Positions 25,686-36,608 of a stretch of 45,186 nt of DNA are shown piece after piece (within the stretch, counting starts at the first letter, position 1; the number at the start of each line of letters is the position of its first letter). The stretch lies in the IMG/VR virus record IMGVR_UViG_3300032248_001448, positions 1 to 45,186 of that record; one strand, given 5' to 3'. Origin of the DNA: a virus. Taxonomy: Duplodnaviria > Caudoviricetes. Below the pieces are notes generated by a model, which was not told the origin of the DNA, did no database searches, and worked only from the letters and a program-made list of their open reading frames with translations. Both the position numbers and the translations under genes were made by a program.

Positions 25686-28600
25686 ATGGCAGAAGGATCA
25701 CAAGACATCATTTTAAATGTAGGTGGAGACACTCGACAACTTGAGAGAGACATACAAAGAGTTGTATCTAATTCTAATTTAAATTTAAATACAAAAGGAT
25801 TTTCTCAGCCCTTAGGAAAAATTACCGGCCAACTGGGAGAATTTGAAAAATCTTTAGCTGCTTCTAATGCTCGAGTTATTGCGTTCGGCGTTTCGGCTGG
25901 AGCAATTTATGCTGTAGAAAAAGCTTTTTCAGAAATGATTAAAAGTACGCTTAGTGTAGAAAAATCTTTAGCAGAAATTAACACTATTCTATCGGTAAGT
26001 CAAAAAGAATTGAATAGCTTTGGAAATAATTTATTTGAATTAGCCAAAAATACAGGTCAAAGTTTTGATATCGTAGCAAAATCAGCGTTAGAATTTTCTC
26101 GTCAAGGGTTAGGAGTAGCGGAAACTTTAAAGAGAACAAATGATGCATTAATTTTAACTAGACTAAGCGGTATGGATGTAGTTAGCAGTACCGAGTCTAT
26201 AACAGCGGCTTTAAATTCTTTTAATCAGACTGCAATAAGCTCAAATGAGCTTATTAATAAATTAGTTGCTGTTGACAATGGCTTTTCTGTAAGTTCTGCT
26301 GATTTAGCTGAAGCGATTAAAAGAGTAGGAAGTTCTGCACAAGATGCTGGAGTAGGTTTAGACGAATTAATTGCGCTAGTCACTTCTGCCCAACAAATTA
26401 CCTCTCGAGGAGGATCTGTAATAGGAAATAGCTTTAAGACAATCTTTACGAGATTACAAAGACCCGAAGTTTTATCGGCTTTAGATGAATTAGGCGTAAA
26501 AACAAAAGACGCAGAAGGTAATATTATGCCTTTAATTCAAATATTAAGTCAACTATCTTCAAAATTTGAAAGTTTAACTGGCACACAAAGATCCCAAATT
26601 GCAGAATTAGTCGGCGGAGTGTTCCAAATTAATATTTTAAAAGCTTCATTAGGCGATTTATCCAAACAATATTCTATATATAGTCAAGCTTTAGAAACTT
26701 CCTCAGGAGCAACAGATGAAGCTAATAAGAGAAATGAAGCGTTAAATCAAACACTGGCGGCGACTCTAAATAAAACTCTAGCTAATTTAAGTAAATCTGC
26801 TTCAGAAATAGGAAATTTATCCTTGGGCCCAGCTATACAAAAAACTTTAGGTGGATTAAATTCGGCTTTAGAAAATTTTTCTACCAAAGGAGATGGAACA
26901 GATAGCCTTGGGTCTAAAATTGGTCAAGGAATAGCTAGAGGTTTAGGAAATTTTCTTGGTGGCCCTGGGATAGCTTTAGCTGTTGTAGGTTTGGCTAAAG
27001 TTTTCGAAAGATTGACTAATTATTCAAAAGATGCTTTCAAAAGTTTAAGCGGTTTGAATAATGCTTCTATGGAGCAGTCTCAAATACAATCACAAGTATT
27101 GAATATAATTGGTAAGAATCCTAAATTAATTGACCAAATAAATAAAGGAACTATCGACACAGCGGCTCTTCATAGAGAAATTTTATCTTTAATAGAACAA
27201 GAAACTGCTAATATGCAAAAGCAAATTTCTATTGCTGCTACATTGGCTAAAAGCTTATCTTTATCTGGAGTAGGATTAGCACAATCTGGGCCATTAAAGG
27301 GAACGGTTATTTCTAACAAAATAAAAGCTTATGGTCATATACCTAATTTTAGTTATGAACAAACCGAAATTTTAGGCGCAGCCATTGGAGGTTATAAAGC
27401 GGGAAACATTAAGCGAATGAATATCGCAGGAGAGGGAAGCGTTATTTATAATGATGCTGAATCTGTAGTAAAATTTCCAGGGGCAAGCCAACCAGCTATA
27501 ATTCCTCCAAAAAATAGCTCTGCAGGGCAAAATTATGGAAAACAATTTGAAAAACAAATTGGTTTTGACCCTTATAATTTTCAAGGATTTGTTCCTAATT
27601 TTGCATCAGAACAAAGAGCGAGCTCAAATAAAATAGTTTCTATTGCGAACGCTTTATATAGCGGGAAAATGGATAAAATTCCGGATTGGGTTACTAATAA
27701 AGAAGATATATCAAAAATTAATAAAACATTTAATGAATTAAAAACTAATCAAAAAACTAATTCTACTTCAATTAAAGTTGGAAGTTTATCTGAATTTCCA
27801 CTTTTAGCTTTAACTCGCGCAGGAAGTAAGCAGGGGTATACTTTTAGGCCTAAAAATGGGCCTGTTATAGATGTACTTTTCCCAGTTTTTCAATTTGATC
27901 AAAATTCAGCAGGATTTAAGCTCGATGATATCAAGGGAAATTTAGATGCAGCAATAGATAAATCAATAAAAGATTTTGCCGAAGCTATATATAAAACTAG
28001 AGACGTTGATCCTCCTGCGAATCTGCCAGGAACTATTGAGGAGGCGAAGAAACAATCCGAAGGTTTAAAAGGATCTATAGAAGGCAGTATTGGCGGAATT
28101 TTTGAATCTGCTTTTAGAGCTTCTTTCGGACAAGCCGTTAAAGCGAGCAAAGGTGGAACTTTTGACATACAAGATTTAGGACAAGCTGAAGATTTATATA
28201 AATTTTTTTCCCCAACTAATTTAAAAAAGATTAAGGGCCCAGCGGATTTTAAAAATTCAGATAGTAGTGAAAATAGAGAAAGCATGGGAGAGAAAATAAT
28301 TAAAACTGTTAGACCAGATTTAATGGAATTTTTGTCCAAAAAAAGAGCCGCGAACACACAATTAGCATTAGCCGCATTTAATGGGTTTATTCCTAATTTT
28401 TCCGCTTTAGAAGAAGCTGTTCAAAGAGAAAAAAAATCTTCTCCAAATAGCGCCCCAGAAATATTATGGTCTGATACTTTGGGGAGTTTAGTAGTTGCGA
28501 ATAGCAAACAAACAGCAAAATATGGGAAAAATGCAGATAGAATCATTCAAAATGATCATATAAATCAAGGACAATTAGCTTCTAGAAATAATTTAATGAT

Positions 28601-31600
28601 GACTGGAAGCGGAAAAGAAAAATATTTTAATAGAGGATTTATTCCGAATTTTGCTTCAACATCTTCCGATGACCAAGGAAGCATAATTTTAAATAATCAA
28701 ACAAATGCGAATAAAGTTTCTTCTGAATTAGAAAAATTTATTAGTAAATTAATTAGTTTAAATAAAAATACTGATCAAATTGATTTAGCATTAAAAGAAG
28801 TTGCAGAAAAATTTAAAATTACAAAAAACTATACAGATAGCATTAATGTAAGCTTATCAAAAGCTGAAGAATCTATCCCGCCAATTTTGCCAAAAAATGT
28901 TGGACTTACACAAAAAATTAAAGATAATGTATCGAAAGCATTTAATGACGAAGCCTTACCACAGAATATCCAAAATTTCAAAAGTAAATTAATTTTTGCG
29001 AGCTTTGGCTTGTCAATGATTGGCGGTTTTGCTTCTAATTTTGCTGGAGATAATAAAAAAGCGGCTCAAACGATTGATTCTTTTACTCAATCTGTAGGAA
29101 CAGCTTCTACTGCCATTGGCTTAATTCCTGGACCCGCCGGAATTGCTATTGGCTCATTGATCGGTATAGCTGGAGTAATGAATGCCCTAACTTCATATTT
29201 ATTTAGCAAAGCTCCAGATATAGAAAAATCTTTAGAGAAAATAAAGGATGAAAATTCTAATTTTGCAAATGGAACTCAAAAATATTCTACAGTTTTGCAA
29301 AAACTAACTGAAGCATATAGTAATCCAAAAACAAAAAGCTCAGATTTAGTTAAATTAAATAAAGAACTTTTAGACGCCGCTAGAGAAATACCATCAGCAT
29401 ATAGATTGCAACTTTTAGCTATACAAGATAATACAAAATTACAAGAAGAAATTACTAAGATACAGAAAGATTTAATACAAAAGCAAAAAGGCTTAGAATT
29501 TGCTGCAAAAACTCAATCTGCGATTGATTCTAATGTCCCTGATAATTTTTTAAGATTTTTTACAGAAGCAGCGAAAGGCATTTTTGGTGGCGCCGATAAT
29601 ATTATACAAAAAATGGGAGGAAATTTAACTTCGATATCTACTACTGGAAATATTATTGGTCGCGCAGCAGAATTTGCTGGGATTGAAAATAAAATTACTC
29701 CATTAATAGGAAATATATTAGAAAATATTTTTCAGGATGCAAGATCTACGCTATTAAAAACTAATCTAGCCGGTCAAACTGCTGCCGCAGGAGTTGTCGG
29801 ATCATTTTCAAAAGAGGGCTTAAATAAATTTGAAGAACTTTTTAGAAATCCTAAAGAAATTAATAGTTTGAGAAACTCATCTGGCGCAGATTTTATTAAT
29901 AAAATGCAAAGAGATTTTGGCTTAGATAAAAATGTGTCAGAAGTTTTAAGAAACGCCAGTCCAGAAGACATCAAAAGGTTAAGAGAGCAAATTATTAGAT
30001 TGGGATCAGATTCTTCTAAAACTGCAGAAGTTATGAAAAAAACTGAGGCAGCAAGACAAGAATTAAATAAGCAAATAACCGAAGAAAAAAAGAATATAGA
30101 TCTCGCCAAAAGCTCTGTGGAAAGATTTAAAGAGGCCTTAGTAGCTTTAGCTCAAAGCGCAATAGAATTTCGATCTTATCGAGAAAAATTTAATCAGCAG
30201 TCCGTGTCGAATAAAAATTTACTAGACATCGAAAAAGCGAAAGGGCTAGTAGATTATCAAAAACCATTTTTAAATTCTTTTGAAGAAGCAAAATTAACCT
30301 CTTCTATAGAAGAGCTTATGAGGCGGCAAGATTTCGTAAATGAAGCACAAACAATAAAAAATAATACAAATGAAAATTTAATGAAAACAGCAATGGCTTC
30401 ATTAGGCGGGATGAAAGGCAAAGTCGAAGATGATAAATATAATGAAGTTTTAACTAATTTAAGTAAAATTAATACTACTAACTCTGGAGAAAATGTAGCA
30501 AGAGAGATATCGTCTTCATTAGATAAACTTGGAAAAGATTTTACAAAAGGGGATAGAGAAAAGCTTAATACAGATCTTAGATCAAATTTAGATAAGCAAA
30601 ATCAGCAATTAATAGACTTAAATCAGAAAAATGCACAAGCTAACGCAATAGCAAATGCCCAACTTCAAGTTCAAAAAGCCATGGCTTCCAGGGATGTTGA
30701 CCGCGCCGCTTTTGGAGGGCAATCCGCATTTGGGTTTCAAGATTTGAGAGGAGATAGACAAAGTTTACTCGATAGAATTAAACAAGATAAAATGGCTCAA
30801 GCCGCTTTTAATGCAGAACGAGGAGGATTTAATTCGTCGCTTTCTGGAGGTCAAACTCCAGGATTTCAAACTGGATTGTATAAAATGATAGCAGATCAGC
30901 TAGGAGGATTTGCTCCAGGGGAAGAAAGAGGAGCTTCTCGAATTAGAGAAGCAATGATATCTAGTAGAACAAATGACATCTTATATCAAGGAAGCACTTT
31001 AAGACAAGCAATTTATGAGAGTAATAGAATTTATGATTCAAAAGGACAATATGGCGGACAGTTAATGTTAAGCTCAGGCCAAAGTGCTATGTTAGATTTA
31101 TTAAATTCTAGGATGTCTCGCGCCAAACAAATTGCCGCGACTCAAGTAGACGAGGCTCTAAAAACTGGAAAAGCGACTTCTGAATTACCATTAAATGTCC
31201 AAGGAATGGCTAATGACGTAAAAACTATCACAGGACTATTGCAACAAATATCAGGAAATATGAATAATACTATTTCTTCTGGTATACGACAGGCAATTAA
31301 AGATAGCATTAGCAACTATTTATTAGGGCTCAATCCTTCAAATGCAGTGGATATAGGTAATAACAATATTAAGGGGGCTCAAACAAATGCTGATTTTGTA
31401 GAAAATATTGGGAACAAAAAAATAGATATATTCAACGCGTTAAGCTCTAAAGTTATAAATGAAGCCAACTTAAAAGAAGAAATGTCGAGGACAACGGATT
31501 TAAGGCAGAATATGTTAAATGCAAATGAAAGTTTAGGCAAATGGATCGAAACGCAAGTTAAAAATGCTGTCGCTCAAAATAAACCAATAATGAGTTTAGA

Positions 31601-32438
31601 GGAGCTCACAGAGCAAGAAAAGAAAAAAAATTCTTCTAAAAGTTCAGCTTTGCAAAATCTTACGAAAGATACTGGATCAGTTCAATATCAAGCTTTCGAA
31701 CAATACATCGAGAATGCTCAAAAAATTCAAGAATTACAGCAACAAATTAAAGGCAGTTTAGATTTATTGCAACAAAAACAACAAGAAATACAACAAGAAA
31801 TATCAAAGAACTTGGGTAAAGAAGGCGCCCCGTCATTGAATCAAGAAAATAAAAATCTAACTTCGAGTGGAAACATGATAAATCGAACAGTCATGCCTAA
31901 TGGACAAGTAATCATTGGTTATACTGGCGCTCAACCAAAAGCGCAGTCAAATTCTGGAACGAATAATGATTTTGAGCGCTTGGCTTCTATAATTCAAAGA
32001 GTAATTCAAGCTCCTACTCCTCAATTACAAAATAATAGCAGTCAACAAGACATTAAATCTTTAAATAAGGATATTTCAAATCTTTCTTCTGCTATTAAAA
32101 CTAGTTTCAATAGAAATACTCAACCCGAAAATGTTAATGTAGACGGGAATATTAATGTTTCTCCTTTAGCTGTAGAAGGAAGTGTAGCGGTTAATTTAAC
32201 TGCCCCCACATTTAAAATTGAAATTGCTGATAGTGATTTAGAGAAAACTAAACAAGAAATTGAAAAAAACTTTGATCAAAAATTAAAAGAAATGTCTCAA
32301 TCAATTTTAGCTCAAGTTCAAAAAGGAGTTGCCGAAAGTTTGAGACAATCTATTGGTCGCGCAACAGGAAAAGAATTACCAGCTACTACGGACAATCCAT
32401 TTAGAAATTATGGAGTGGGTAGATCTTTCATAGGATAA
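25686..32438 (+). CDS. Tail tape measure protein (TP901-type core) with an internal modular block
   Basis: 2250 aa. Core motifs ALEFSRQG, DLAEAIKRVGSSA, GSVIGNSFKTIFTRL and LDELGV. Gly/Ala-rich hydrophobic helices and long coiled coils. Confidence 0.93.
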   Translation: MAEGSQDIILNVGGDTRQLERDIQRVVSNSNLNLNTKGFSQPLGKITGQLGEFEKSLAASNARVIAFGVSAGAIYAVEKAFSEMIKSTLSVEKSLAEINTILSVSQKELNSFGNNLFELAKNTGQSFDIVAKSALEFSRQGLGVAETLKRTNDALILTRLSGMDVVSSTESITAALNSFNQTAISSNELINKLVAVDNGFSVSSADLAEAIKRVGSSAQDAGVGLDELIALVTSAQQITSRGGSVIGNSFKTIFTRLQRPEVLSALDELGVKTKDAEGNIMPLIQILSQLSSKFESLTGTQRSQIAELVGGVFQINILKASLGDLSKQYSIYSQALETSSGATDEANKRNEALNQTLAATLNKTLANLSKSASEIGNLSLGPAIQKTLGGLNSALENFSTKGDGTDSLGSKIGQGIARGLGNFLGGPGIALAVVGLAKVFERLTNYSKDAFKSLSGLNNASMEQSQIQSQVLNIIGKNPKLIDQINKGTIDTAALHREILSLIEQETANMQKQISIAATLAKSLSLSGVGLAQSGPLKGTVISNKIKAYGHIPNFSYEQTEILGAAIGGYKAGNIKRMNIAGEGSVIYNDAESVVKFPGASQPAIIPPKNSSAGQNYGKQFEKQIGFDPYNFQGFVPNFASEQRASSNKIVSIANALYSGKMDKIPDWVTNKEDISKINKTFNELKTNQKTNSTSIKVGSLSEFPLLALTRAGSKQGYTFRPKNGPVIDVLFPVFQFDQNSAGFKLDDIKGNLDAAIDKSIKDFAEAIYKTRDVDPPANLPGTIEEAKKQSEGLKGSIEGSIGGIFESAFRASFGQAVKASKGGTFDIQDLGQAEDLYKFFSPTNLKKIKGPADFKNSDSSENRESMGEKIIKTVRPDLMEFLSKKRAANTQLALAAFNGFIPNFSALEEAVQREKKSSPNSAPEILWSDTLGSLVVANSKQTAKYGKNADRIIQNDHINQGQLASRNNLMMTGSGKEKYFNRGFIPNFASTSSDDQGSIILNNQTNANKVSSELEKFISKLISLNKNTDQIDLALKEVAEKFKITKNYTDSINVSLSKAEESIPPILPKNVGLTQKIKDNVSKAFNDEALPQNIQNFKSKLIFASFGLSMIGGFASNFAGDNKKAAQTIDSFTQSVGTASTAIGLIPGPAGIAIGSLIGIAGVMNALTSYLFSKAPDIEKSLEKIKDENSNFANGTQKYSTVLQKLTEAYSNPKTKSSDLVKLNKELLDAAREIPSAYRLQLLAIQDNTKLQEEITKIQKDLIQKQKGLEFAAKTQSAIDSNVPDNFLRFFTEAAKGIFGGADNIIQKMGGNLTSISTTGNIIGRAAEFAGIENKITPLIGNILENIFQDARSTLLKTNLAGQTAAAGVVGSFSKEGLNKFEELFRNPKEINSLRNSSGADFINKMQRDFGLDKNVSEVLRNASPEDIKRLREQIIRLGSDSSKTAEVMKKTEAARQELNKQITEEKKNIDLAKSSVERFKEALVALAQSAIEFRSYREKFNQQSVSNKNLLDIEKAKGLVDYQKPFLNSFEEAKLTSSIEELMRRQDFVNEAQTIKNNTNENLMKTAMASLGGMKGKVEDDKYNEVLTNLSKINTTNSGENVAREISSSLDKLGKDFTKGDREKLNTDLRSNLDKQNQQLIDLNQKNAQANAIANAQLQVQKAMASRDVDRAAFGGQSAFGFQDLRGDRQSLLDRIKQDKMAQAAFNAERGGFNSSLSGGQTPGFQTGLYKMIADQLGGFAPGEERGASRIREAMISSRTNDILYQGSTLRQAIYESNRIYDSKGQYGGQLMLSSGQSAMLDLLNSRMSRAKQIAATQVDEALKTGKATSELPLNVQGMANDVKTITGLLQQISGNMNNTISSGIRQAIKDSISNYLLGLNPSNAVDIGNNNIKGAQTNADFVENIGNKKIDIFNALSSKVINEANLKEEMSRTTDLRQNMLNANESLGKWIETQVKNAVAQNKPIMSLEELTEQEKKKNSSKSSALQNLTKDTGSVQYQAFEQYIENAQKIQELQQQIKGSLDLLQQKQQEIQQEISKNLGKEGAPSLNQENKNLTSSGNMINRTVMPNGQVIIGYTGAQPKAQSNSGTNNDFERLASIIQRVIQAPTPQLQNNSSQQDIKSLNKDISNLSSAIKTSFNRNTQPENVNVDGNINVSPLAVEGSVAVNLTAPTFKIEIADSDLEKTKQEIEKNFDQKLKEMSQSILAQVQKGVAESLRQSIGRATGKELPATTDNPFRNYGVGRSFIG
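27333..28652 (+). repeat. Four dispersed G-[HF]-[IV]-P-N-F peptide motifs in the tape measure
   Basis: In-frame at 27333, 27585, 28383 and 28635 (spacing 252, 798, 252 nt). Confidence 0.9.
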
Positions 32439-32441
32439 AGT

Positions 32442-33998
32442 ATGGACTATATATTTAAAGATACTACGTTGATGTCTATAGATATCGAAAAGTCTTATAG
32501 TTCAAATAATAACGCTTTATTTAATACTACTAAAAAAGTTGATTTACAAGGTATATTATATAATAGGAAAAAAAATACTGACGGCGAAGGGGTAAAAGAA
32601 TCTATTTTAGATACAAAAGAAATACTGAATTCAATTTCTGGTCAATATGCTCCTATAGAAATAAATGGATATTTTCTTGGAAGCGGAATTATAAAATCTG
32701 TTAATTTCACAGAAAAAAATCCAATATTTATAGGTAAATATAAATATTCTATAGAAATTATTGAAAATAATGATTTTGGATCTTTATCTGGAGTATACTA
32801 TGGATCTTCTTTGCCGCTAGTACAGGGCCAAATTGAGTCTTTCGATGAAAATTTTAATTTTAATTATGATTCTAGTAAATATGATTATTCCCACGATCTA
32901 AAAATAAAAGTTAAAAACTTAGAATTAAGCAACGAAGAAACTTTTAGTAAAATTAAAAATTTTGCCTCCCAAATATTTAACGATAATTTAAACTATGGCT
33001 TATACGGAGATTTTTCTGGATATTATAATATATTAAAGACCAAAAAAAATTATTTTTCAGAGACTTACAATTCTGTAAATGGAGAATGTTTTTTTTCAAA
33101 AAAAATTCAGATTGATAAAAATTTAAAAAATAATTATTCTATTTCTTTAAATCATATTTTTAATATTAAAAATGATGGGAGCGCTAATATAACCGAAGAA
33201 GGAGAAATTTTACTCATTTCTCCAGATGCGCAAAATTTTGATGAAATAATAAATTTAGAAAAAGATCTTTCGTTTAGTAGATGCAATAATTTCTTTATAA
33301 ATTATGCAGATATTTATTCTGGTCAATATTTTAATTTATCTGAAAAACCTTTAGAATTTGGAAAGACTTTTGAGCCTCAAAAGTCTCAAGCAAGATATAA
33401 AGTAATATATACAAATGATGTCGCGCATGCTCTAAATTATTATTTAGAATATTCTATAAATAAATCAATCGATGGAGCCGGAATTCAAACTGATAATGAA
33501 AAAGGGAATATTTTAATATATAAAAATTCTAATGTGACTTCTCAAGATATTTTTGAGATAAGAAAATCTCAATATCCTAAAATTTTACAAGATAGCTTTT
33601 CTTATCCTAGTGGGAATTATTATCCTTTAGAAAATTTTAAAAATATGAATTATGAATATTCTATCTCTAATACATCTGATCCATCTTATTTTGGGCCAAA
33701 TAATACTATAAAATATTTAAAAATAAAAACATCTGATAAAAAACCTACGCCTATGATTAAAGAGTATGTTATTGTCAATCATAACACTATAAAAAGCCTT
33801 GGCAATCAAAATAACCTTGGAGAAAAGACTTTCGAAATAAAGGGCGTCGGAAAAAATTTAACATTTAGAGAATTAAGAAATTTGATGGCAGGAATATCTT
33901 CCAGTCAAACTTTTTCTTCTGTAGTCGAAGACGAGGGATATACTATAAGTTTAAATGGGGATTTCGAAGGAAAGAAAGTGGTCGCATATGACTCTTAA
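32442..33998 (+). CDS. Putative distal tail/tail-tip protein
   Basis: First gene after the tape measure; beta-rich; resembles the next gene. Confidence 0.55.
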   Translation: MDYIFKDTTLMSIDIEKSYSSNNNALFNTTKKVDLQGILYNRKKNTDGEGVKESILDTKEILNSISGQYAPIEINGYFLGSGIIKSVNFTEKNPIFIGKYKYSIEIIENNDFGSLSGVYYGSSLPLVQGQIESFDENFNFNYDSSKYDYSHDLKIKVKNLELSNEETFSKIKNFASQIFNDNLNYGLYGDFSGYYNILKTKKNYFSETYNSVNGECFFSKKIQIDKNLKNNYSISLNHIFNIKNDGSANITEEGEILLISPDAQNFDEIINLEKDLSFSRCNNFFINYADIYSGQYFNLSEKPLEFGKTFEPQKSQARYKVIYTNDVAHALNYYLEYSINKSIDGAGIQTDNEKGNILIYKNSNVTSQDIFEIRKSQYPKILQDSFSYPSGNYYPLENFKNMNYEYSISNTSDPSYFGPNNTIKYLKIKTSDKKPTPMIKEYVIVNHNTIKSLGNQNNLGEKTFEIKGVGKNLTFRELRNLMAGISSSQTFSSVVEDEGYTISLNGDFEGKKVVAYDS

Positions 33999-35484
33999 TT
34001 ATATAAAATATAATCAAAATTTTTTGCCTTCGCCTACGCCTATGGTGACGATATCAAAAGAAATAAAATCGAACAGAAAAAAAACTGGAGCCATAGAAAA
34101 AATAGAATTAAACGGACAAATTACAGGAAATAATTTTTTAGAATTACAATCTGGTCAAAAATATTTAACTGATATTTTTTCTGAAAATTTTAAAGAATTA
34201 GAAATATATGAAAGAAATAATTCAAATATTGATGAAAAAATATATAATAAAAATTATATTACAATAAATTCAATAAATTTTAAAGAATCAAATTACAATA
34301 AAATTGTTGATTATTCTATAAGTTTAACTTCTGAAGATTTTTTATATAACGTGAATAATCCAATAAATGAATTTTCTTTTAATCAATCTCAAGATAAGAC
34401 TAGTTTAGTGCATAAAATTTCTGCGGAAGGTATAAATACTAATAGTGGATATTCTAACGCTTTAAATAATGCTATAGAATTTGTAAAAAATTATTCTGGT
34501 TTGAGTTCAATTCCTAGCACCTTATTTATAACTGGTGAAAAATATTCTCTGAATTCTTTTAAGGAATCTATAGACAGAATTAATAGCAAATATGAAATAC
34601 AGGAATCTTATATTTTGTCTAATTATTCTGGAGGAGTTTTGCAATATAGTTTAGATGCTTCTTCTGGTGCAAAAAATAATTTTATAAATGTGTCTCTGCA
34701 AGGAAACTATAGTTGCGGGCTAAATCAAAGCATTGATAATTTTGAGAATAATATAAATTATTATAATATTGCTACTGGATTATTCAGCGGATATTTAAAT
34801 CCAATAATACTTGAATTTTCTTTGACAAAGAATAATGAAAAAAATACAATTTCTTTCAATTGTTTATTTAACAATGATAATCGGCCAAATCCATATATAG
34901 AATATAAAATTACTAAAAATAAAAATTATTTATACGATGTAACAGAAACCATTGTCGAAGGAGAACTAATTTATAGAGGCCATCAAAAAGCGAAAATAAC
35001 AGAAGCAGAAGCGCTAAATTCTACACCTAATTTTAATAATTTTGGTTTTTTAAAAAATTTAAATATTTCGAAAACTAATCTTGGAAAATTTAATTTTTCT
35101 AAAACTTATAGTAATCAAAATTTACCCGCTAATTTTACGGAGGGAAATTATTCGTTGGGAGTTAAGCCTAGCTTGATTATCAGAAAATATGTTCCCTCTG
35201 CAGTTGCGCCGTGTTATTATATACAAAATTTTCAAGGATATTCTTTAGAAAAGATTCAGCTTCAGGGCTCTTTTAAGGGAAGCGGTATAAGAAATTTTTA
35301 TGGATCAGAAGGAATGAATTTGGAAAATATAACAGTTAATACTTCGTCTTATGATCCAACAGAAAAAGTCTGGCAATATAATTTAGAAGGATATACTGCC
35401 TCACAAGTTTTACCTCCTTTAGAATTAGGCATCCAATCGTCTTCTACGGTTCAAAATCAATTTCCTGGATTTATAATTATATGA
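33988..35484 (+). CDS. Putative distal tail/tail-tip protein (paralogue of the upstream gene)
   Basis: ATG33988 preferred over 33955 because the overlap is shorter; PSPTPMV N-terminal motif; repeating beta-strand pattern shared with 32442..33998. Confidence 0.55.
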   Translation: MTLNYIKYNQNFLPSPTPMVTISKEIKSNRKKTGAIEKIELNGQITGNNFLELQSGQKYLTDIFSENFKELEIYERNNSNIDEKIYNKNYITINSINFKESNYNKIVDYSISLTSEDFLYNVNNPINEFSFNQSQDKTSLVHKISAEGINTNSGYSNALNNAIEFVKNYSGLSSIPSTLFITGEKYSLNSFKESIDRINSKYEIQESYILSNYSGGVLQYSLDASSGAKNNFINVSLQGNYSCGLNQSIDNFENNINYYNIATGLFSGYLNPIILEFSLTKNNEKNTISFNCLFNNDNRPNPYIEYKITKNKNYLYDVTETIVEGELIYRGHQKAKITEAEALNSTPNFNNFGFLKNLNISKTNLGKFNFSKTYSNQNLPANFTEGNYSLGVKPSLIIRKYVPSAVAPCYYIQNFQGYSLEKIQLQGSFKGSGIRNFYGSEGMNLENITVNTSSYDPTEKVWQYNLEGYTASQVLPPLELGIQSSSTVQNQFPGFIII

Positions 35485-36608
35485 ATGATATAAATATAAA
35501 AGAATATTTAAAAAATAATCTTATTGATGAAAAATCTTTAATTGTTAATTATAATTTTAATTATTTTTCTGGAAATTTTATAAAAAACGAAGTTTTTAAA
35601 AATGAGCCTCAATTTAGTGGAAATAATAATAATGTTTATTTAGAGGGCATTTATAATCCCGCATTTTTTAACAAATTAGATACTAGTATAGTATCTGGGT
35701 CGGGATTTTTCAATAAAAATAATTTTTTACAAATTTCTCATCCAATTAATTTTAAAAATTTTACTATTATGATAAAATATCAAAACAATTTGAATAGTCA
35801 AGCTAATCAGGACGGGCTTGGAGAAATTTTATTAGAAATGAAAGATTTCAATAATTTAAATGGATCTAAATTATTTTTAGGCCTTAATGATATAAGGAAA
35901 ATATTTTTAGATTTTTCTGGGTCAGCATTTCGAACGATAGGATTAAATAATCCTACTGCAAAAAATAATATTGTCTCTTTAAGTTATTCAAATAATAACT
36001 TAAATCTTATGCACTTCAATTTGTTTAATCAAAATATTATAGAAAATAATTTATCCAATATTAATTTAGGTTTTGAAGATAAAAATAAAACTCTTATTTT
36101 TGGCGGCACAAAAAATTCGGCCTACACGGGGTTCTTGGGCAATATTAATAATATAATGATATTTAATAAATCTTTATCTAAAAATGATATAATTAATATA
36201 TCATATTTATTAGAAAAAACAGGAGAATTTTTAGAGCAAGAGTTTTCAACGATAACGGGTACTTATACCGAAAGTGGATATGTGAATCCAACGGGTATTT
36301 TAGGCCAAGGGGTAGTCAATTATGAAATAATTCAAGAAGAGCAATCTTTAAAAAATGAAAATAATACAAATATTAACGCCTTCATAAATTTATATTCTGG
36401 AATAATTGGAAATATAACTGGAGAAAAATTAGAATATATAGCAGTCCAAAATATAGAAAAAATTATAACAGGCGAAAAATATATAGATTTATACAATAAT
36501 GATTCTATAAATATGTATTCTGGAGTCAGTTACTCGTCTCAAAATATTTTTGATGCTAATTCTCAAGTTTTGTTTGACAATGAATTTAATAAATTTATTG
36601 ATTTATAA
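35481..36608 (+). CDS. LamG/concanavalin A-like domain tail protein
   Basis: NFTIMI, LIFGG, FLGNINNIMIFNKSLSKNDI. Confidence 0.7.
   Translation: MNDINIKEYLKNNLIDEKSLIVNYNFNYFSGNFIKNEVFKNEPQFSGNNNNVYLEGIYNPAFFNKLDTSIVSGSGFFNKNNFLQISHPINFKNFTIMIKYQNNLNSQANQDGLGEILLEMKDFNNLNGSKLFLGLNDIRKIFLDFSGSAFRTIGLNNPTAKNNIVSLSYSNNNLNLMHFNLFNQNIIENNLSNINLGFEDKNKTLIFGGTKNSAYTGFLGNINNIMIFNKSLSKNDIINISYLLEKTGEFLEQEFSTITGTYTESGYVNPTGILGQGVVNYEIIQEEQSLKNENNTNINAFINLYSGIIGNITGEKLEYIAVQNIEKIITGEKYIDLYNNDSINMYSGVSYSSQNIFDANSQVLFDNEFNKFIDL

Noticed and set aside
168-33987. Track start codons GTG168, GTG1409, GTG13391 and ATG33955
   Set aside because: 168 is internal to a longer frame; 1409 lies in the promoter-like motif; TTG13424 gives a proper signal peptide and SD; 33988 gives a shorter overlap (this last choice is the least certain).
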